Positions 17,123-27,700 of a stretch of DNA of 64,000 nucleotides are shown here, piece by piece; position 1 is the first letter of the stretch; every line of letters starts with the position of its first letter. Below the pieces are notes generated by a model that saw nothing but the letters and a program-made list of their open reading frames with translations, had not been told where the DNA came from and made no database searches. The stretch covers positions 1-64,000 of IMG/VR virus record IMGVR_UViG_3300037760_000179; one strand, written 5' to 3'. The stretch comes from a virus. Position numbers and translations under genes: made by a program.

Positions 17123-20100
17123 GTGGTCGCCAGCGCCCTGGTGGGGCTGCCCTGGTAGCGGACCCGGATCAGTTCGCGGATGGCGTCCAGCAGCGGGTCA
17201 CCGGACGCGCCTGGCGCCCAGCCAAGCTCGGCACGGGCCGGGACCGGTTCGGCGGCGGCGGCGGTGAGCCCGTCGGCGGCTGCCAGCGGGTCATGCCGGG
17301 CGGCGAACGCGGCCGCGACGTCACCGATCTGCGCCCGGCCGGCCAGCCGGTCCGCCGCGCCGGACACCACCGCGAGGCGGGACTGCATGCCCTCGGCCAA
17401 CCTGGTCCCGATCCGCTGCCCGGACAGGCGCGGGTCGCCAGAACCGGACAGCGGCCCGGTTTTGGCCGGGCTGGACGGGAACCGGTCGGCGATCGCCTTC
17501 GCTGCCAGGGCGGCCACCCCGCCGAGGGCGCCGAGCTTGTCACGGATGCCGTTGATGAGCCCTTGGATGACGTTGCGGCCGGCGGCGTACAGCAGCCGGC
17601 CGAGGTCCCCGACCGCGGAGCGGATCCGGGAGGCCAGCCCGCCCAGCCACGACCTCACGGCCGAGTACCGGTCGATCACCCCTCGCCGTAGCCCGGAGAG
17701 CAGGTCGCGGCCCTTGCCGATAAGCGTCCTGGCGGTGTCCCCGACCGCGGCCCGCACCCGCCCGGCCAGCCCGCCCAGCCACGACCGCACGTCCCGGTAC
17801 CTGCCGGTGATCCCGTTCAGCAGCCCGGTCACCATCTGCCGGCCCTTGCGGACCAGAGCCGTCCCGACATCCCCGACCGCCTCGGTGATCCGGTCGGACA
17901 ACATCGTCAGCCATGCCCACAGGTCGCCGAAGAACCCGGAGACCGCCTTCCACGCCTTGGTGAACGCGCCGCCGATGGCACCGCCGAGATTGCCCCAGTC
18001 GATACGGGACAGGGCGGTCAGGGGGCCGACCACCGACAGCAGCACCGGCCCGGCCAACTTCAGCCCGAGGGCCAGGCTGTTCACCAACGTGGTCAGCGTG
18101 GCCAGGGCCTGCGGGGTGGCCAGCCGCAGCACCAGCAGCAGCAGATCGGTCAACGGCGGGACCAGCGGCACCAGCGCCACGAGCAGATCCGCCATCGCCA
18201 CTGCCAGCTCCACCGCGGCCATGGCGATGGTCGGCAGCTCCGGCGCCAGCTTGACGAACGCGTCAACGATCGCGGTCCACAGCTCCGCGTCCATTTCGGC
18301 GATCGCCGCTACGAGCGCGACGAACGCGTCGACCAACCCGGGCAGGGCATCAGCCAGGCTGCCCGCGAACTGCTCCGCCAGGTCAGCGATCACAGGGATC
18401 AGCGGCTTGAACGCGTCCAGCACCCGCTGCCCAACCCGGGCGAACACGGGCATCAGGTCCTGGGCCAGCTCAGCCAGCACCGGCAGCAGCCGCGACGCCC
18501 ACTCCGAGGCCAGCTCGGCGAACACGGTCAGCAGCTCCCCGACCGGGGTCACCAGGGCGGTCAGCACCGGAGCCAGCCCGCCGAGCAGGCTCGCCACCAG
18601 CGCCCCCAGGACAGGCAGCAGCGGCGCCACGGCGGTGAGCACGTCACCTAGCGCCCGGCCGACCGTCTCGGCGAACGGCACCAGGAACTCCAGCCCCTCG
18701 GTCAGGGCGAACAGGAACGCCTCCACCCCGGGGGCGATCCCGACGACCAGCCCGGAGAGGATTTCCGCCAGCGGCACCAGCGCCTGGCCCAGCCGCAGCA
18801 CCGATGGACCCAGGGCGATGAACCCGGGCGCCAGGGCAGCGAGGGCGTCACCGAGTAGCACCAGGAACGCCGCCAGCGGGGACGCAGTCTCCACGGCGAT
18901 GTCCGCGATCGCCCGGGAGACGACGGCGATCGCCGAACCCAGCGCCAGCAGCACCGGCTGGAGCGCATCACCGATACGGGCCAGCTCGGTGAAGAAGTCC
19001 GTCAGGACCCGCTGCCCGGCGATCGAGTTGATCGTCTCGTTGAGTCGATCCAGGAACCCGAAGATGCCGCCGCCGCCGGCCTCCCCGGCGGCACGGAACA
19101 GCCCGCCGAAAATCCCCACGATGTCGCCCAGGGCGGACCCGAGCAGCTTCAGCGCGTCCAGCCCATCCAGGATCAGCTGACGCAACGCCCCCGACTCGGC
19201 CATCTCCGTGATGCGGTCGGCGAACCGGGTCAGCACCCCCGCCGCCCCGCCGGACAGGTCCGCGACAACCCGGGCGCCGACGGCGGACAGGTCCAGCAGG
19301 GCGCGCAGCAGCGGACGCACCGCCGTTGATAGCGCACCCAGGGCATCCCGGGCGGAGGTGAAGATCTCCGCGAGGCGGATCTGGCTGGAGCGGGTGGCGA
19401 GTTGCTGTAGCCCGGCGCGCATCGCCCCGTTCAGCACGGTCGCCACACCGACGAGCCCGTCGCGGAGTACGGGAAGCTGCGCCCGTGCCAGGTTGCGGAT
19501 CTCGACCGCGACCCCCTGCCACAGGGCCTGTTGCACGTCCAACCGCAGCGCGTCCCACGCCGGTTTCAGCGCCAGCAGTGTGCGCACAAGCTCCTGCGCG
19601 GCCGGTGCCAACGCTGCCATGGCCGAGGCTGCCCCGCCGCCGGAGGCGCCCACCGACCGCTGCGCCTCGGCCAGGTCGAGCTGCGCCTGGGTCAGCTGGT
19701 ACGCCGCGTCCTGCGCGGACTGGTGCGCCTTCCGCAGGTCGTACTCGGCATCGGCCAGCCCGACGGCGGCTTCCTGCTGCCGGGCCAGCGCCCGCTGAAC
19801 CTCCTCGGAGCCCTCGACGCCGGCGGCGGCTGCGGTGGCCTGCTCCTCGCCCAGGTCCTCCAGCCGGTCCCGGACCTCGGCCAGGGTCTGCTCGGCCTGC
19901 CGGTACCGCAGGTCGGCCCGCTCCACTTCCCGCGGGTCGGCGAGTCCGGCGCCGCGTAGCTGCTCCAGCTCCAGCCGGGCATCCCGCACCGCCAACACCG
20001 CGGCTTCTTCGTCCAGGCGGGCACCGGCCAGGGCCAGGGTGAGGTCTTCGATGCGTTCCTTGGCCTCTTTGCGTGCCCGGTTCAGGTCCTGCTGGACGCT

Positions 20101-21024
20101 GCGGGCCTCGCGTTGCGCGTCGGTCAGCCGCCGCTCGGCCAGTTCCACCCCCCGGGCGGCGTCGACGATGCCACGCCGGGCCAGCACCACCTGCCGGGCG
20201 GCCCGCTCGATCTGCCGGCCCATGTCGGTCGCGGCCCCGCCGGCTCCACCTGCCTGCTTGCCGGCCTCTTTCAGCGCCGCGCCGAGCCCGCCGCCGCCGA
20301 TGACCAGGGCGGCGATGCCGGCGACGACGATCGCCAACGCCCCGGGCAGGGCAGCCAGGGCACCGGCGGCGGCCACGGCCACGGCCACGAGCTGGCCGAG
20401 GATGGGGATCAGCCCGGCGGCGGCGGCGGTGATCCCGGCCAGGGCGGCGGACACGCCGGAGCCCAGGGCGCCGATCGCAGCCAGCCCACCCGCACCGAGT
20501 AGCGCAGCCCGCGCCGCCGTGCCCAGCACCGACACGGCCCGGCCGACCGACGACCGGTCCACATCAGCCCTGAGCCGCACCGGCCCGGCCGCCGCGGTCG
20601 CCGTGGTCGATGCTGTACGCCCGGCAGCTGCCGCACCGGTCACCCGGGCCGGGAGGTTGACCGACCCGGCCGCCCGGGTCGCCGCCCGGGCCGCGGCCCG
20701 GCCCTGCTGGGCGGCCTGCGCCTGCGGGATCTCGACGCGCATCCGCACCGGCCCGGCGTCGCGGAACACCCGCCGTGCCGTGGTCAGGGCACGCCGCGCC
20801 TCACGCTGCACCTGCGCGTCGTCGATCCGGATGCGGATCTGCGGCCGGTTGCCGGCACCCCGGCCGCCCATCTCCCGGTTTAGGGTCCGCTGTAGATCCT
20901 TGCCGACGCCCTTGAACGCCTGGTTTACCTCGCGGCGTAGCGACCGGGCGAAACCCCGCGCCGAGGCGGTAACCTCAACGGCCACGCTGCCGACGACCAC
21001 CTGGTCGCCACCTGGTGCGGTCAC
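17119..21024 (-). CDS. Tape measure protein
   Basis: 1301 aa Ala/Leu-rich helical; VGSVAVEV start; FPSSPAKTGPLSG C-terminal motif. Confidence 0.92.
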   Translation of the reverse strand: MTAPGGDQVVVGSVAVEVTASARGFARSLRREVNQAFKGVGKDLQRTLNREMGGRGAGNRPQIRIRIDDAQVQREARRALTTARRVFRDAGPVRMRVEIPQAQAAQQGRAAARAATRAAGSVNLPARVTGAAAAGRTASTTATAAAGPVRLRADVDRSSVGRAVSVLGTAARAALLGAGGLAAIGALGSGVSAALAGITAAAAGLIPILGQLVAVAVAAAGALAALPGALAIVVAGIAALVIGGGGLGAALKEAGKQAGGAGGAATDMGRQIERAARQVVLARRGIVDAARGVELAERRLTDAQREARSVQQDLNRARKEAKERIEDLTLALAGARLDEEAAVLAVRDARLELEQLRGAGLADPREVERADLRYRQAEQTLAEVRDRLEDLGEEQATAAAAGVEGSEEVQRALARQQEAAVGLADAEYDLRKAHQSAQDAAYQLTQAQLDLAEAQRSVGASGGGAASAMAALAPAAQELVRTLLALKPAWDALRLDVQQALWQGVAVEIRNLARAQLPVLRDGLVGVATVLNGAMRAGLQQLATRSSQIRLAEIFTSARDALGALSTAVRPLLRALLDLSAVGARVVADLSGGAAGVLTRFADRITEMAESGALRQLILDGLDALKLLGSALGDIVGIFGGLFRAAGEAGGGGIFGFLDRLNETINSIAGQRVLTDFFTELARIGDALQPVLLALGSAIAVVSRAIADIAVETASPLAAFLVLLGDALAALAPGFIALGPSVLRLGQALVPLAEILSGLVVGIAPGVEAFLFALTEGLEFLVPFAETVGRALGDVLTAVAPLLPVLGALVASLLGGLAPVLTALVTPVGELLTVFAELASEWASRLLPVLAELAQDLMPVFARVGQRVLDAFKPLIPVIADLAEQFAGSLADALPGLVDAFVALVAAIAEMDAELWTAIVDAFVKLAPELPTIAMAAVELAVAMADLLVALVPLVPPLTDLLLLVLRLATPQALATLTTLVNSLALGLKLAGPVLLSVVGPLTALSRIDWGNLGGAIGGAFTKAWKAVSGFFGDLWAWLTMLSDRITEAVGDVGTALVRKGRQMVTGLLNGITGRYRDVRSWLGGLAGRVRAAVGDTARTLIGKGRDLLSGLRRGVIDRYSAVRSWLGGLASRIRSAVGDLGRLLYAAGRNVIQGLINGIRDKLGALGGVAALAAKAIADRFPSSPAKTGPLSGSGDPRLSGQRIGTRLAEGMQSRLAVVSGAADRLAGRAQIGDVAAAFAARHDPLAAADGLTAAAAEPVPARAELGWAPGASGDPLLDAIRELIRVRYQGSPTRALATT

Positions 21025-21052
21025 AGCAGGGTCACCCCCCGCCGTGGTCAGG

Positions 21053-21547
21053 TCAGCTCAGGTCCGGCTTGTTACGCTGCTGCGCGGCCTCGATCGCCGC
21101 CGCTAGTGCCCGCTCCCGGGCGGTCACCGGCCCCGGCAGCGGCTGGTGGCCGGGTAGCAGCCCCAGGTTGCCCAGCCGCCGGGCGGCGTCGGCGCCCCGG
21201 TCCCGCCGCCGGCGCCCGTCGCGTGGCGCCCCGGGCGGCTTGACCGGCTTGGGCCGTGGCCCCTTCCCCCCGCCACGCTGCCAGTTCCCGGCCGCCAGCA
21301 GATACGCCACCCGCGCCAACAGGTACGTGTCCACACTCCACTCCACCCGCTCACCCAGGACCTGCCGGGCGAACGCCGACTCGCGGGGCAGGTGCCGGAT
21401 CAGCGAGAGGAGTTCACGCGGCGAGTAGCGGCCTTCCGCCGGGCCGTAGAGCGCCCGGCCGAGCCGGATGCCGTGGTAGCGCGAGAGGTCCGCTTCGAGG
21501 GCTCCGCCGTACTCCCGGAGGAGCCGTTGGAGCTCGGCGCTTCCCCC
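21053..21547 (-). CDS. Tail assembly chaperone, -1 frameshift extension
   Basis: ALEADLSRYHGI...RELLSLIRHLPRESA...NWQRGGGKGPRPKPV; reached by slippage at G GGG GAA (21547-21541). Confidence 0.8.
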   Translation of the reverse strand, partial: GGSAELQRLLREYGGALEADLSRYHGIRLGRALYGPAEGRYSPRELLSLIRHLPRESAFARQVLGERVEWSVDTYLLARVAYLLAAGNWQRGGGKGPRPKPVKPPGAPRDGRRRRDRGADAARRLGNLGLLPGHQPLPGPVTARERALAAAIEAAQQRNKPDLS

Positions 21548-21954
21548 GGGTCCACCCCGCTGTGGTTCTTCCACTGGTTGAACAGCATCAGCAGCTTCAG
21601 CGGCGGCTGCGGGGTTTCGGCGAACGCTGCGGCCGTCGCCTCGTCGTCGCCGAACGCCGCCCGCAGCACGTCGCCGACCCGGTCGGCGATCGCTTCCAGG
21701 TCGTCGCTGTCCGGCATCTGCGCCAGGGCGTTGAACTTGCCGAGGGCGCGACGGTCCAGCTCCAGGAAGTGCGGCAGCTCCCACCACCTGCCGGCCCACC
21801 GGAACCGGAACGGCCCACTGACGACCTCGCTGTAGGCGGCGTCCAGGTCCAGGCCGTCGCTGCTGCGGTACTGCTCCACGTCGACCTGCGCCTTGGCGGT
21901 CAGGTCGACAGCCGGGGCATCCTCGGGCTCGGTGGCGGTGCGCGGGTCGGTCAC
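21400..21954 (-). CDS. Tail assembly chaperone
   Basis: PFRFRWAG...W..HSGVDPGE; position before tape measure. Confidence 0.8.
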   Translation of the reverse strand: MTDPRTATEPEDAPAVDLTAKAQVDVEQYRSSDGLDLDAAYSEVVSGPFRFRWAGRWWELPHFLELDRRALGKFNALAQMPDSDDLEAIADRVGDVLRAAFGDDEATAAAFAETPQPPLKLLMLFNQWKNHSGVDPGEAPSSNGSSGSTAEPSKRTSRATTASGSAGRSTARRKAATRRVNSSR

Positions 21955-22307
21955 TGCGGGTCTCCTTGTGCGAGTTGCTGGCGTCCCTGCCAGCTGCGGG
22001 CCAACTTGCCCTCGGTGGTGTTCGCCGGGGGCAGCTTCGGCGGCTGCTGGGGCGGCTGGCTCGCGGCGCGGAACCCTGCCGCGAGCTGCTGCGCCAACTC
22101 CTCGTCCTGCCCGTCGATGCCGGCGTCCGGGGCGACGTCCACGGTGCCGGACAGCACAACGCAGCCCTGCGCACCCGCCTCGTGGGCGAAAGCGCGCAGG
22201 GCTTCACGATCCGGCCCGGACAGGCCATCAGCCTGGTCGGCCACCAGCGCCCACCGGGAGTTGCCGGCGGCGTCGCTGGGCAGGTACAGCAGCTGAATGC
22301 GGGTCAT
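21951..22307 (-). CDS. Hypothetical protein inserted in tail operon
   Basis: RBS AAGGAG; GTGA overlap. Confidence 0.6.
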   Translation of the reverse strand: MTRIQLLYLPSDAAGNSRWALVADQADGLSGPDREALRAFAHEAGAQGCVVLSGTVDVAPDAGIDGQDEELAQQLAAGFRAASQPPQQPPKLPPANTTEGKLARSWQGRQQLAQGDPQ

Positions 22308-22399
22308 GCGGGTCTCCTTGCGGGTTCGCGGGTCGGTTGCGGGTCTAGATCACGGGGCCGGCGGCGACCCGCATCGCGCCGGCCCCGTGAGATGTAGGG

Positions 22400-22963
22400 C
22401 TAGGAGCCGGAAAGCGAACTGTCCAGGTAGTAGCGGTACGCGACGTTGCCGCTGCTGTCGACGTAGCAACGCAGCGTCCAGGCGTAGATCGTCACCCCTT
22501 CGGCCGACCACACCACGTCGCCGCGTTCGGCCACCTCACCACGGGGGATCACCAGCCGCAGCGCCCGGTTCCCGTCGATGCCGTGCAGCACCCAGTTGCG
22601 CACGTCCGCCACCGGAGGCTTCTCCGCGATGGTCAGACCTTCGGCGGTTGGGGTGATGGTCGAACCGGCGAACTGCACCCCCAGCGTGATCAGGTTCGTC
22701 TCCTGGGCCTCGAACACGAACGACTTCGTGAACTGGCCCTTCAACGTGCGGACCAGGGCGTTCTGCTGCCACTGGTACACGTCGGTGGTGTCCTGCGCGG
22801 TCTGCTCGGTGATCCCGTCGGAGGAGATCGACCCGACCTCGGAGAACGCCCCGTCCAGGGCCGAGGACGCGTCGGTGGGCAGGGTGGCGTTGATGACCTG
22901 GAAAGCCGAGCAGGCCACCAGACCGTCCTGATATGCGCGGACCAGATCGACATCGACCGCCAT
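22400..22963 (-). CDS. Major tail (tube) protein
   Basis: EVGSISSDGI..WQQNALVR..FEAQETN..RLVIPRGEVAERGD. Confidence 0.88.
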   Translation of the reverse strand: MAVDVDLVRAYQDGLVACSAFQVINATLPTDASSALDGAFSEVGSISSDGITEQTAQDTTDVYQWQQNALVRTLKGQFTKSFVFEAQETNLITLGVQFAGSTITPTAEGLTIAEKPPVADVRNWVLHGIDGNRALRLVIPRGEVAERGDVVWSAEGVTIYAWTLRCYVDSSGNVAYRYYLDSSLSGS

Positions 22964-23035
22964 CGGTCACTCCTAACGTTGCATGGGTGTGGCCCGGCGG
23001 TCGCGCCGGGTTGCGGGCAAAGGTGCGGGTCGCAG

Positions 23036-23464
23036 CTATACGGGTGAGTGGTGCAGCCAGATCCGGTACGTGGCCAGGTAGCGGGACGTGTCCGCCGACT
23101 CCCACGGCGCCTCAGCCGGCGGCGCCAGGGCACGGACCTGCTTCACGAACGCCCCGGTGGACGGGTCGGTGTGGCCGGGCAGCTGGTAGCGCAACCCGGC
23201 CCGCACCTGCTCGGCTACCGTGCGAGCGCGTAGCCGGTTGCGGGCGTAGGCGTTGACCTCAAGGTCTGCGATGTCCAAAGTGGGCACCGCGTCGCCGGGA
23301 CTGGACTGGATCTTCTCCACTGTCACCAGCCGCTCGGCGTGGATGACGTTGTCGGGCAGGTCCGACCCGCCCTCGCCGACCCGCACCCGGCTCGTACCGG
23401 CGCCGGGGAACACGTTGGCGATCAGCCAGCCGATGACGATCTGCTCAAGGTCGGCGTACGCCAC
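23036..23464 (-). CDS. Tail terminator
   Basis: YADLEQIVIGWL...RYLATY; position before tail tube gene. Confidence 0.75.
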   Translation of the reverse strand: MAYADLEQIVIGWLIANVFPGAGTSRVRVGEGGSDLPDNVIHAERLVTVEKIQSSPGDAVPTLDIADLEVNAYARNRLRARTVAEQVRAGLRYQLPGHTDPSTGAFVKQVRALAPPAEAPWESADTSRYLATYRIWLHHSPV

Positions 23465-23482
23465 CGGGCACCCCCTCGGGGA

Positions 23483-23836
23483 TCAGCGGAGTGCGACGTG
23501 CAGGGCGGTGCGGAGGATCCGCTGGGCGCGCATCCGCGAGTTGCCGACCTCCAGCGCGTAGCCGTAGGCGTACCCGCCGGGTTCCTGCGGGTTCTTGGCG
23601 TCGTTGTCGAGACGCGCGAACGCCGCCCCGCGCCCGTTGACACCCGACTCCACCGCGTCCTCGCGGAAGAACCGGGACACGTAGTTTCCGGTCACGACCG
23701 GGGCGATGACGATCGCGTACAGCCGGACCAGCTGGATCTTCCGGTCCATGGCGTCGACCATGAAGGGGGCGCCGAGCATCCGCCGCACCCCGGACCGGTG
23801 GACCCGCACCCGGCCGACGGTCAGGGCTGAGGGCAT
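23483..23836 (-). CDS. HK97 gp10-like neck/tail completion protein
   Basis: APVVTGNY...YALEVGNSRMRAQRIL. Confidence 0.7.
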   Translation of the reverse strand: MPSALTVGRVRVHRSGVRRMLGAPFMVDAMDRKIQLVRLYAIVIAPVVTGNYVSRFFREDAVESGVNGRGAAFARLDNDAKNPQEPGGYAYGYALEVGNSRMRAQRILRTALHVALR

Positions 23837-23997
23837 CAGTAGCGGGTGCGGCGCCGCGCTGGACGCGCCGGCGTGCCGGAGGTCTTCCGCGCCCGGGTGG
23901 GCATCTCGGAGTCGGGCATGCACGACCCGTCGGGCATCCGGTGATGGCCCGGCGGGCACGACTTCGGCGCGGCCTTCGCCGTCTTCTTCGCTGCCAT
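23836..23997 (-). CDS. 53-aa basic protein with His/Met/Cys motif (not in ORF track)
   Basis: RBS GGAGG; MAAKKTAKAAPKSCPPGHHRMPDGSCMPDSEMPTRARK...RRRTRY; TGATG coupling to next gene. Confidence 0.65.
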   Translation of the reverse strand: MAAKKTAKAAPKSCPPGHHRMPDGSCMPDSEMPTRARKTSGTPARPARRRTRY

Positions 23998-24019
23998 CAG
24001 CAACCTCCGTACTGCTGGG

Positions 24020-24751
24020 TTACAGGTCCCCGATCGGGAAGTTGGTGTCCCCCCAGGGCACGCTGGCCGGGAAGGAGTAGACGGGCGACAGGGCGCCGAC
24101 GCTGCCCGGGTCGTCCGGCCGCTGGTTGGCGACCACCAGGTCGTCGAGCATCTGCCGGGCCTGCTTGCACAGGTCCTGCGCCCGGGTCAGCGAACGTTCC
24201 TGCGACAGCGCCGGATACCCCCGTTCCACGGCGCAGGCGGCCATCACAGCGGCGCACGCGCCGGCCGCCTCGTCCAGGCTGGTGTCGACGTCGCCGGTGC
24301 GGGCCAGGATGGTGGCGACCGCGTCGGCGATCAGCCGGTCGACAACCACCCCAGTCGGCAGGGTGGTCGAGTCGAAGGTGAGGGCGTGCGTTTCCACGTC
24401 CCGGCCCAGGGTGCGGTTGGGCACGTAGTTGGCCACCCGTGACCGGCCGGGTCGCCACGTCGGCCCCCCCGCGGTCGGGGCGGGCACGACGTACACCTCC
24501 TCGTCCTCCTGGGAGGCGCCTGTGCCGGTGACCACCCAGTGCAGCACCCACAGGCCGGGGGCGTCGTAGGTGACCGGGGCGGCGGTCAGCCGCACCACGC
24601 CGTCGACCGGGGCGCCGGGGGTGGCGGCGGGCGCCTGGTCGGTGCCGTCCGGGGGGGCGATCACCTGCAAGGTTCCGGCGGTCGTTGCGTCGCCGGGCTG
24701 CACGTCCAGGTGCGGCTGTTCGATGTCTCCGACGCCGACGTCGCTAGCCAC
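24020..24751 (-). CDS. Head-to-tail adaptor with N-terminal Ig-like domain
   Basis: YDAPGLWVLHW beta domain + FDSTTLPT..V..LI..A helical adaptor; PVYSFP end. Confidence 0.65.
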   Translation of the reverse strand: MASDVGVGDIEQPHLDVQPGDATTAGTLQVIAPPDGTDQAPAATPGAPVDGVVRLTAAPVTYDAPGLWVLHWVVTGTGASQEDEEVYVVPAPTAGGPTWRPGRSRVANYVPNRTLGRDVETHALTFDSTTLPTGVVVDRLIADAVATILARTGDVDTSLDEAAGACAAVMAACAVERGYPALSQERSLTRAQDLCKQARQMLDDLVVANQRPDDPGSVGALSPVYSFPASVPWGDTNFPIGDL

Positions 24752-27700
24752 CTGGTGACCTCCCTGGAGTCAGCACCGGCCTGGTGCAGCCGGCCGTCAG
24801 GCGGGGCCACTCCTGTGACACCGGACTGGGAAGGGTCGGCGCCCGGACGGTGTGGGTGTGTGAGGCGTCGGCGGGAACGAGTTGGTGGAGCTGGCCCAGC
24901 GCGGCCTGCTCAGCGGCGTGGGCGTGGGCGGCCGGGGTGATCGCGACGGCGTAGAGCTGCGCCACCGCCGGCTGGTCGGTCGTGTGGCCATGCGTGGTGC
25001 TGTCGGGGGTGAGGGTGGAGCCGCCGGCCGCTGTCGGCTGGTCCGCGGTGTGCCCGTGGGATGCGTCGGCCGGGACGCACTCGTGGGTCTGGGTCACCGC
25101 CGGCTGGTCCGCCGCGTGGGCGTGGGTGGTGCTGTCGGCTGCCAGCACCTGGCCGCTGCTGATCGCCGGCTGCTGCACGGCATGGCCGTGGACGGCAGGA
25201 TCCGGGCTGAGCTGATGGACCTGGGTCAGTGCCGGCTGCCCGGCCGTGTGCGGATGCGCGGCGTCATCTGCCAGCAGCTGGTGGTCCTGGGTCGGCGTGG
25301 ACGCCCCGGCGGTGTGCCCATGGGCGGAGCCGTCGACCAGCACGTCCCCGGCGCCGGTCAGGGCCGGCTGGCCTGCGGTGTGCCCGTGCGCGGTGCCGTC
25401 CGCGGCGACCGCGTGGACCTGCGCGAGCACCGGCTGGTCGGCCGTTTGCCCGTGCGCGGCATCGGCGGCTACCAGCCCGTGGGCCTGGACCAGCACCGGG
25501 GAGCCGGCGGTGTGGGTGTGACCAGCCGGGTCAGCGGCCAGCTCGTGGAGCTGCACCACCGCCGGGTCTGTGGCCGCGTGGGGGTGGGTTGCCCCGTCCG
25601 CGGCCAGGGCGTGGACCTGCGCCAGGGTGGGTTCGCCCGCCGCTGTGGCGTGGGTGGCGTCCGCTGCCGCTACGGCGTGGGCCTGGGTGAGTGCCGGCTG
25701 CGTGGCGGCGTGGCCGTGGGATGCGTCGGCGGCGGCAACCTGGTGGATGTGCGCCAGGGTCGGCTCGTCGGCGGTCTGCGCGTGCGTCGCGTCTGCCGCC
25801 GCCACCTCGTGCTGCTGCGCGACTGCTGGCGCCTCGACCGTGTGACCATGGGCCGCGTCCGCCGGGGCGATCTCGTGGACCTGCGTCAGCGTCGGCTCGT
25901 CGGCGGCATGCCCGTGCGACGCGCCGGCCGGGGTGACCTCCGTCGCGGCCTCGCCGAAGCTGAACCCCGGCGGCGGATCATCAGTGACCACCGTGGAGCC
26001 GACCAGGGTCGTCTGGTCGGCCCCGTTACCGGTCTGGTCGTCGATCGCCTCAGATGTGGACGCCTGGTCGAACCGCCACGCGTCGATGGGGCCGGCGGCA
26101 AGCCAGTCGGCCCAGTTGTCCCGCAGCGCCTGAATCGCGGTGTCGTCGAGGACCGAGCTGTAGGCCGCGAGCGCGGCACGGCGACCGCGTAGGACCAGGT
26201 CCCCGTCGCCGTTTGGCCGGGTGCTGGCGAACGTGCACGTGTTGTCGTCATCGTCGATGGTGCCGGCCGAGTCCTGGTGGGTCCACGCGTCCGTTGACAT
26301 CACGCACTTGTGGTAGCGGACCACTGCGGTGCCGGCGGCTTTGGTCCAGGCGACTATGACCCACCCGTCGGCGGCTGTCCACGATGGCCCGTCACCGGGG
26401 GAGTCGAAGCTGCCGCGCAGGTAGCGCATCGCCCCGCCGGATGTGTGCCCGAACAGCGCCCGCGAGGTGCCAGCGTTGGACAGGTCGAACACGCAGCCGT
26501 CGTCAGCCAATGTGACGATCTTCGCTATGGCGACGACCGTGAACGCCCCCTGGGCGAGGGTCGCCAGCCCGCCAGTGCCGATCGACCACTGCACGTACTG
26601 GCCCTGCGTGAACTCGCGGACATCGATCGCCGAGGCGCCCGTGAGTGCCGGCTGCGTGGCGGCGTGGCCGTGGGATGCGTCGGCCGGAGCCAGTGCATGA
26701 ACCTGGGCCACGGCCGGCTGGTCGGTCGCCGCCGCGTGGTCGGCGTCTTCCGGGGTGAGCGTGTGGGTCTGCGTGAGCGTCGGAGAGTCGGCCGCCTGCG
26801 CGTGGCCGGCGTCGGCCGGTGCCACGCTGGCCACGGACGCCAGCGCCGGCTCAGCGGCGGTATGGCCATGGGCCGAGTCGGCGGGTTGGATCTGGTGGGC
26901 CTGGGTCAGCGCCGGCTGGTCCGCCGCGTGGCCGTGGCCGGTGTCAGCGGGGGTGACATCGGTGGGTGTCGCAACCGCCAGCTCGAAGTCGGCGAACGAG
27001 TTGGCGTCGTTGACATCGATGGTCGCCGACCGGTTACCGCCGCCGCCGGCCTTGCGCAACTCGAACGCCAGAGCCAGCCGGTCCCCGGCCACCCAGGTCG
27101 TCGACAGCACCAGCGTGGACACCTTGATGCCTGCGGTGCTGTGCTCGCCGGAGTAGCCCGAGGTGGCCTGCTCCACCCCGGACGAGTCCAGCCGCACCAC
27201 CCGCCAGCGGCACGCCGCCTGCGACGAGATCGAGTCGATGCTGACCTGTGTCGATATCGTCGCCGCGCCCACGGTGTCGCCCACCGTCCGCTGCCAGCGG
27301 AGCATCTCCGTGTAGCCGCCGGAGCTGGTGTTGCCCGTGCCCAGCGTCGCCGCCGTGCCCTGCGTCTCCGACAGGTCCCACACCGGGTCCCCGGTGCCCG
27401 GCTCCGTGGCGACATTCCGCAGGAAGTTGCGCGTCGTCTGCTGGGTCGACGTCGTCTCGTACTGGAAATCCAGGTCCGCCGCATCGATCGGCGTGCCCAC
27501 ACCGGTGCTGGTCTCGTCGGCCCGGTTGAGGGTGAAGTCCTCGATGGAGTAGTTGTTGTCCGGGACGCCGAAGCCCCAGCCGGACGACGGCGCGGCGTCG
27601 ACCCAGTTGTCGAGGTGATCCTCAAGGCCGGCCGACTCAATCTCGGCGTCCCCGAACGTGTCAGCCGCCCAGGGCAGCTCATTCGCCCACACGGCCATGG

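Noticed and set aside
17180-19180. Long plus-strand ORFs opposite structural genes (also 42235-45216, 14561-16573, 48122-49696)
   Set aside because: Antisense shadows typical of high-GC coding DNA, with no protein-like motifs.
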